This document shows positions 26,851-32,500 of a stretch of DNA of 32,500 nt, piece by piece. The stretch's first letter is position 1. Every line of letters begins with the position of its first letter. This DNA comes from an uncultured euryarchaeote (lineage in GTDB: Archaea > Thermoplasmatota > Poseidoniia > Poseidoniales > Thalassarchaeaceae). A program made the translations under genes and the position numbers. The stretch is from the NCBI GenBank assembly GCA_937876055.1, contig CALEIW010000150.1:1-32500 (forward strand), written 5' to 3'. The notes under the pieces were generated by a model. The model saw only the letters and a list, made by a program, of their open reading frames with translations, ran no database searches and was not told the DNA's origin.

Positions 26851-28359
26851 ATGGCTGGGGCGTACGACCTACTTGCCGACATACGAGCAAATTCCGGAAA
26901 TGTCCGAACGGTTGGTTTGGATGATTCAGTGATACAACAATTCGTAAACAAAGATTCAGATTTGGTAAGGGCAATATCTGAAGCTCATGAGAACCATTCT
27001 GCTTTGAGGCACGAAGTTGGAGTAGCAACGATGATGTTAGATGAATCAGATCTCATCACTAAACTTCAGGAGGATTATGTCAACTTCTACAAACCAGAGA
27101 CCGTAAATCCCTACATTCCAATCGCTGCTAGAGGACCTTGGATAATCACATCACATGGTAGAGTTATTCATGACAACGGTGGATATGGTATGCTTGGCGC
27201 TGGACATGGCCCTGACCAAATTATCGATGCAATGAGCAATAACTGGGTTATGGCCAACGTAATGACTGCTTCATTTAGCCAAAAAAGATTAGCCGATGCA
27301 TTGCGAAAGGAGGTTGGGTACACAAGAGGAAGTTGTCCATTCTCTCGATTCGTGTGTCTCAATAGCGGTTCTGAATCTGTCACCATCGGAATGAGGATTG
27401 CAGATGTTAATGCTAACGAGATGACTGGAAAAGGCGGTCGCCATGAAGGTAAACCAATCAAATTGGTAGCACTTAGACAGGCATTCCATGGCCGTACTCA
27501 ACGTCCAGCTACGATTTCGGACTCATGTAAAGATGGATACCGAACTAATTTAGCAACATTCAGAGATGATAACGTACTCATTGTCGAACCTAACGATATC
27601 TCTGACTTACAAGCAACCTTTGCTCGCGCTGATGAAGAGGGCTTCTTTATCGAAATGATGGCTATGGAGCCAATCCAAGGAGAAGGTAGTCCTGGTCAAT
27701 GCATAACCCGAGAGTTCTACGATGAAGCTCGAAGATTGACTAAAGAACACGGCTCACTACTTCTAGTCGACTCCATCCAAGCAGGTTTGCGAGGCCAGGG
27801 TTGCCTATCTGTAGTCGACTACGATGGCTTCCAAGATGCAGAGGTGCCTGATTTAGAGACGTGGTCAAAGGCACTCAACGCTGGTCAATATCCTCTCTCA
27901 GTTCTAGGATTAAGTGAGCGTGCTGCTGAATTGTATGTTGTAGGAATTTATGGAAACACTATGACAACCAATCCACGTGCTCTTGAGACTGCAGTTGCAG
28001 TTTTGGATCGAATAACTCCAGGAATGCGTCAGAATATTCGTGACTCCGGTGATGAATTCCTCTCAAAATTGAGAGAACTGCAAGCGGACTATCCAGATTG
28101 CATCTCCTTAGTACAAGGCACCGGCTTATTGCTGTGCGCCGAATTAGATCCGGATAGATTCCCAGTAGTGGGATTCGGCGGAATCGAAGAATGGTGCCGA
28201 GAACAGGGATTGGGTGTAATTCATGGAGGTCAAAATGCTCTACGATTTACGCCCCATTTCGGTTTAACAAGTCCAGAGATAGATATGATTGTGGAAATTG
28301 TTCGTAATTGTCTGGATCACTTCATTGCAAAAGAGCAAGCAGCGGTTACAACGGCTTGA
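26851..28359 (+). CDS. lat: Class III PLP aminotransferase, L-lysine 6-aminotransferase-like (Flavobacterium lutescens/Xanthomonas type)
   Basis: VNFY...PYI..AARGPW, GGYGMLG.GH, CLNSGSE, FHGRT, EPIQGEG, DSIQAG, SKALN (PLP Lys), YGNTMTTNPRAL, IHGG.N.LRFTPHF. These match the long-N-terminus LAT subfamily as I recall it. Confidence 0.82.
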   Translation: MAGAYDLLADIRANSGNVRTVGLDDSVIQQFVNKDSDLVRAISEAHENHSALRHEVGVATMMLDESDLITKLQEDYVNFYKPETVNPYIPIAARGPWIITSHGRVIHDNGGYGMLGAGHGPDQIIDAMSNNWVMANVMTASFSQKRLADALRKEVGYTRGSCPFSRFVCLNSGSESVTIGMRIADVNANEMTGKGGRHEGKPIKLVALRQAFHGRTQRPATISDSCKDGYRTNLATFRDDNVLIVEPNDISDLQATFARADEEGFFIEMMAMEPIQGEGSPGQCITREFYDEARRLTKEHGSLLLVDSIQAGLRGQGCLSVVDYDGFQDAEVPDLETWSKALNAGQYPLSVLGLSERAAELYVVGIYGNTMTTNPRALETAVAVLDRITPGMRQNIRDSGDEFLSKLRELQADYPDCISLVQGTGLLLCAELDPDRFPVVGFGGIEEWCREQGLGVIHGGQNALRFTPHFGLTSPEIDMIVEIVRNCLDHFIAKEQAAVTTA

Positions 28360-28365
28360 TTTTTT
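28360..28365 (+). terminator. Oligo-T archaeal terminator-like tract
   Basis: TTTTTT immediately after the lat stop codon. Confidence 0.45.
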
Positions 28366-28406
28366 AGCCATCACAACCATGAGGCAACGCCTACCCGGCG
28401 GTTTTG

Positions 28407-29102
28407 ATGACAAAGGTGGTGCGCCTTCTTGGGGACCAAGATGCAGTATATCTAGCGCTTGCCGACCGATTAGAACGAGCAGGTGCAACCTTTACTCAGA
28501 ATAAAGAAGATTCAGATTTGATAATCGCCATAGGGGAAAATGCTCCTCCAATGTCTGAAATTGATATTGCAGTTATTCCAGCCCAAATTTCTAATCCAAA
28601 TGCTAAACTAATTTTTCGAATTCATGATATCCTTGTTCCTCAACAGGTAAATGGTTGGGGTGTTGAAATTATCTCCGATTGGATAAATTGGGTCAAAGGG
28701 GGTTCGCAAGGCAGCCCTCCAGAAGATATCGAGGCCCGTCACTGGGTACACATTCGTGACGCTACAGATGCAATCGTACAGATTTCATTGACCGACGGGG
28801 ATATCCCAAGCGGAGTCATTGATTTGGCAGGTCGTCGGGCTTGGAGTTCAGATGCGGTCTTAGAGGAAATGAAATTGCTATGGAGGCGATATACTGACGC
28901 ACTGCAACTTAGCCATACTGTAGAATCTCTCACAAATATCCCTAGCCCTGCCTCACAGCAATTTGATGGGCAAATCTCTCGGCCTAATCTAGTTCCATTG
29001 CATAATGCAATGCTAGCATCTGGTCGAGAAGAGGGATGGAGGCCTCTAACTGCTATGCGCGTGGGGTTGATGGAATTGTTCGCTCATTCGCAGGGCGAAT
29101 GA
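28407..29102 (+). CDS. Hypothetical protein, degenerate NAD-dependent epimerase/dehydratase (extended SDR)-like
   Basis: RHWVHIRDATDAIVQI...IDLAG resembles the extended-SDR RD(W/F)xHVxD motif. No GxxGxxG or YxxxK visible. Confidence 0.6.
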   Translation: MTKVVRLLGDQDAVYLALADRLERAGATFTQNKEDSDLIIAIGENAPPMSEIDIAVIPAQISNPNAKLIFRIHDILVPQQVNGWGVEIISDWINWVKGGSQGSPPEDIEARHWVHIRDATDAIVQISLTDGDIPSGVIDLAGRRAWSSDAVLEEMKLLWRRYTDALQLSHTVESLTNIPSPASQQFDGQISRPNLVPLHNAMLASGREEGWRPLTAMRVGLMELFAHSQGE

Positions 29103-29126
29103 AAACAATAGATCGTAATCTAATGT

Positions 29127-29303
29127 TCAGGAGCGGTCTGCTTGGACTTGCTTCCTAACGTCCTGTGCTGCAGCCTTAATGCTCTGCATAGTCTTGCGGA
29201 CTCGTGTTCCAGCTGCGTTCACGCCCTTGTCGTGCTTTGCAGCATCTTTCATAGCGTCGGTCAATTCATCAATCATGTTCTGCATCATTGCCTCTACGGA
29301 CAT
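29127..29303 (-). CDS. Hc1-like (histone H1-like, HctA N-domain) small basic helical protein
   Basis: 58 aa MSVEAMMQNMIDELTDAMKDAAKHDKGVNAAGTRVRKTMQSIKAAAQDVRKQVQADRS. Matches the D..K..KG..AA..RVR.....K..A...RK pattern of the Hc1 family. TATA-like CTTAAGT lies 31 nt upstream. Confidence 0.8.
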   Translation of the reverse strand: MSVEAMMQNMIDELTDAMKDAAKHDKGVNAAGTRVRKTMQSIKAAAQDVRKQVQADRS

Positions 29304-29401
29304 GAAGCACGGCGCAACGCAGACACCACTTAAGCAATATCCCGTCCTATGCAAGACAAAGCGACTCAGAATAGTCAATGGAAAACGCCGAGAACAGCAA
29401 T

Positions 29402-30382
29402 TCATGAGAATAGGTCTGCGCCCAATAATGGAAGCAATACACTAGCATCTCCTTCTACCACAACATGTGGCGCCTCAGGTCTTACCTTGCCCCAAGAAAT
29501 CGCTTCCTTAAGCCGAGCACCGGATAGAGATCCATCGTGTTCGGGAGCGGTTGTAATTCCAACTGCGGAATCTAACCCATCTCGATATTGATTCCACCAA
29601 ATTACGTGGTGCTTCGAAATTCCTCCCCCGACCATCAATGCATGAGATTCCTCCGCAGTCCAAGTCAGGTCGGAGAGAATTTGCTCATCAGCGAGGAAAT
29701 CCACCATGAAGTTCGGATTCTTCTGCCGATGCATGAATAATTGTGCCCCGATTGATCCATCCGAAAGTCCAGGTATAACCATCGGTATGCGATGTTTTGC
29801 AATCCAGTAAAGAAGAGAGGTTTCGTCTTCGATTCGATCTCCAATAGCCCAGCAGAGTTCCACAGATCCAAATCCTAGCCACGGATTATCTGGATTAGCC
29901 GCTAACCTTTCTTCTTCGATTTCATCCAGCCATGGAAGTACAACTCTTTCGAGAATTTCTCCATAGCATTCGTTTGGTACGATGACGTTACCTAGGCGAT
30001 TTAATCCCTCTTCTCCAAGAGCAATATCGTCGAGATTGAAATCTCCATGAAAGTAGTCTTGGTAAGTTCTTGCGATATCATGATCCAAGGTACCACAAGT
30101 TGTGATAATGACGTTGAATGACTTTCGCTTTACGGCCTCAAGGAAAAATCCTCGAGTTCCTGTAGCGCACAGGCAAGCAGGGAATGAGAGCCAATTCAAA
30201 ACCCCATCATGATTTGTTTTTGCTATTGATTCGCTAAGAATATCTCGCGCGTGAGCGAGTTTAGTCGCAGTGAAGCCTCCCGCCCGCGCCATTTGGTCGA
30301 TGAGATCGCGTGGACTATCGACAGAACCGAAGTCATAATCCTCGACAGGAGCCGAGAAGTCATCGCGGGAGTATGCGGTCAC
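29402..30382 (-). CDS. dys: Deoxyhypusine synthase
   Basis: GGFTA, IITTCGTLDHD, GLNRLGNV, DGSIG, GGGISKHH, DGSLSGARLKEAISWGK (catalytic Lys). GGAGG precedes GTG 30382. Confidence 0.96.
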   Translation of the reverse strand: MTAYSRDDFSAPVEDYDFGSVDSPRDLIDQMARAGGFTATKLAHARDILSESIAKTNHDGVLNWLSFPACLCATGTRGFFLEAVKRKSFNVIITTCGTLDHDIARTYQDYFHGDFNLDDIALGEEGLNRLGNVIVPNECYGEILERVVLPWLDEIEEERLAANPDNPWLGFGSVELCWAIGDRIEDETSLLYWIAKHRIPMVIPGLSDGSIGAQLFMHRQKNPNFMVDFLADEQILSDLTWTAEESHALMVGGGISKHHVIWWNQYRDGLDSAVGITTAPEHDGSLSGARLKEAISWGKVRPEAPHVVVEGDASVLLPLLGADLFS

Positions 30383-30454
30383 GAATCCTCCGGCTCGCTC
30401 TTTCGTATTCAATTCAACTAAGGCTATTCCAAAGGATTCCGTTTACAGATTGTA

Positions 30455-32500
30455 TTACTCTGCGGTCTCAATCTGATAAATTCTATCTCGAATCGCGGCA
30501 GCTCGTTCGAAGTCAAGTCTAGCCGCTGCCTGCTTCATTTCTTTCTCGAGACGTTCAATCAATTTGCTTCGCTCACTATCATCAATTGGAGTATCTTCCA
30601 CATCATCTTCAGTCAATGCCTCGTATGCAGCATCAACCCATTCTGGTTGGCTTATGTTATCCAGAACAGAATCTGTAGAATTCCACGCACCAGCGCCGAG
30701 TCCGTATTTCTTGACAATTCCATCGAGGCCTTTCTTTCCTGGTTTGCGAGCGACCAATCTTCGACCGCCCCCCTTTCCTTTTCCAGCTGCTCCAGCCATC
30801 AAATCTTCAACTTCTGCCCCCATTACAGGTAGTGCTTTTTGAATTGTCTTCGGGATGATTCCATTAGCCGCGTTGTATGCTTCTTGCCTGCGTCTTCTAG
30901 CGGTTGTTTGCCCTATTGCCGCCTCCATCGAAGGAGATACAGAATCGGCATACAAAATCACCTTTCCATTCTCGTTTCGACTCGCTCTACCAATCGTCTG
31001 TAACAATGAACGCTCGTTCCTTAGGAATCCCTCGCGTTCCGCATCAAAAATTGCAACAAGTGAAACCTCTGGGATATCGAGCCCTTCCCTAAGAAGGTTG
31101 ATTCCAACAATTACATCGATATGACCTAGTCTTAACGCTTTGATAATTTCAGTCCTCTCTATCGTATCAATTTCGGAGTGAAGATAGTGCGCTTTTACAT
31201 TCATCTTGAGTAAATACTCTGCAACTTCTTCAGCGAATTTGATCGTCATCACAGTAACTAATACTCTCTCGCCTCTCTCAACACATTGGTTGATTTCGCT
31301 GAGTAGATCGTCGACCTGACCCTTGGTAGGTCTTACTTCGATATCAGGGTCTAACAACCCAGTAGGGCGAATCTCCATTCTCACAACTTCGGGCAGGTCA
31401 ACAAGAATTTCTTCCATAGGATAGCGTGCAATTTTCTTAGGCACATCTGCTTCTCCCGCTCCACCCCCAGCCGGTGCATGTAGCAACCCCTCGTGTACGT
31501 TTTTTCCAGAAATTTCTGCCAGATGGCGCAACTCCCTCTCTCCAGGGGTTGCGCTGACATAGAGCATCTGAGGAATCAACTCTTGGAATTCAGCGAGTTT
31601 CAGAGGACGGTTATCATGAGCGCTGCGAAGTCGGAATCCGTACTCGACTAGATTGGCTTTTCTCGACCAATCTCCACCAAACATTCCACCTACTTGTGGT
31701 AGTGTAACATGACTCTCATCCATGATTACCAGATATTTCTCCCCACCACCATGATATGACTCGGCGCAATATCGGTAGAAATCAAGCAAACAGTATGGTC
31801 GCTCTCCCGGTTGCCTGCCATCGAAGTGCATCGAGTAATTCTCTACACCCTTGCAGGAACCGGTTTCGCGTAGCATCTCTAAATCGAACTTAGTTCTCTG
31901 TTCTATTCTATGAGCCTCTAAATCTAGACCCTTTCTCTCATAGAAATTGATTCTTTCATCTAATTCATCTTCGATATCCTCAATCGCTTGCAGAAATCTT
32001 TCTTCACTGGTCATGTAGAATTCCTTAGGGTGAATCCACGCTTCTTCAAAATCGTCAAGCGGCTCCCATGATACAGCTTCACAAACTGTGATTTTTTCTA
32101 TTCCATCCCAGCCGAATCGAATTCTAATTGGGTCATCTCGGCTGGGCATCCAGACATCGAGGACCTCACCTCTAAGTCTGACATCCCCTCTAGCAATATC
32201 TCCGGTTGTTCTTCGATATTGCATCTCAACCAAGGCGCGCATGACATCCTGTGGTTCTAGCGCTTCTCCAACCTGCAAATGCAAATAGGATTCTTGGAAT
32301 GCTTCTGGAGGATTCAAACCATAAATTGCGCTAACAGTTCCAACAGTAATTACATCAGGACGAGTAACAAGACTAGCAACAGTCGAGAATCGTTCTTGTT
32401 CGATTCTCTCATTCATCTGCAATTCTTTATCGATGTATAAATCTCGATTAGGAAGGTAAGCCTCTGGTTGGTAGTAATCATAGTAACTAACGAAGTATTC
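30455..32500 (-). CDS. uvrB: Excinuclease ABC subunit UvrB, 5' end outside window
   Basis: Frame is open to the window edge (EYFVSYYDYYQPEAY beta-hairpin). DESH, SATPG, RPTGLLDP, INLLREGLDIPEV, QTIGRASRN, C-terminal UVR domain LDFERAAAIRD. Confidence 0.97.
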   Translation of the reverse strand, partial: EYFVSYYDYYQPEAYLPNRDLYIDKELQMNERIEQERFSTVASLVTRPDVITVGTVSAIYGLNPPEAFQESYLHLQVGEALEPQDVMRALVEMQYRRTTGDIARGDVRLRGEVLDVWMPSRDDPIRIRFGWDGIEKITVCEAVSWEPLDDFEEAWIHPKEFYMTSEERFLQAIEDIEDELDERINFYERKGLDLEAHRIEQRTKFDLEMLRETGSCKGVENYSMHFDGRQPGERPYCLLDFYRYCAESYHGGGEKYLVIMDESHVTLPQVGGMFGGDWSRKANLVEYGFRLRSAHDNRPLKLAEFQELIPQMLYVSATPGERELRHLAEISGKNVHEGLLHAPAGGGAGEADVPKKIARYPMEEILVDLPEVVRMEIRPTGLLDPDIEVRPTKGQVDDLLSEINQCVERGERVLVTVMTIKFAEEVAEYLLKMNVKAHYLHSEIDTIERTEIIKALRLGHIDVIVGINLLREGLDIPEVSLVAIFDAEREGFLRNERSLLQTIGRASRNENGKVILYADSVSPSMEAAIGQTTARRRRQEAYNAANGIIPKTIQKALPVMGAEVEDLMAGAAGKGKGGGRRLVARKPGKKGLDGIVKKYGLGAGAWNSTDSVLDNISQPEWVDAAYEALTEDDVEDTPIDDSERSKLIERLEKEMKQAAARLDFERAAAIRDRIYQIETAE

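Overview
A gene-dense, mostly housekeeping archaeal chromosome segment. Archaeal markers are aEF-1alpha/uS10, aIF5B, eL8(L7Ae)/eS28/eL24, PolB with a PIP box, a GINS-like protein and deoxyhypusine synthase. Bacterial-type genes are uvrB, cspA, an FeS-BCP photolyase, pepC, group II ilvE and lysine 6-aminotransferase. This mix suggests a marine Thermoplasmatota, most likely Marine Group II/Poseidoniales (inference). I call 32 CDS (two cut by the window edges) and two tRNAs (Leu-CAA, Ile-GAT). I saw no CRISPR array, transposase, integrase or defence system. The best second-look signals are: (1) a canonical kink-turn burying the SD and AUG of rpl7ae; (2) a 58-aa protein resembling the Chlamydia Hc1 histone-H1-like N-domain; (3) a fixed-distance non-canonical TATA element (NT[C/G]AW) ~30 nt upstream of many apparently leaderless genes and the tRNAs; (4) an uncharacterised P1B-ATPase / triple zinc ribbon / 19-residue-periodic coiled-coil cluster converging on an orphan ParA; (5) a phased AT-rich, palindrome-bearing region upstream of lat. 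All calls come from motif recognition by eye; no database searches were run.
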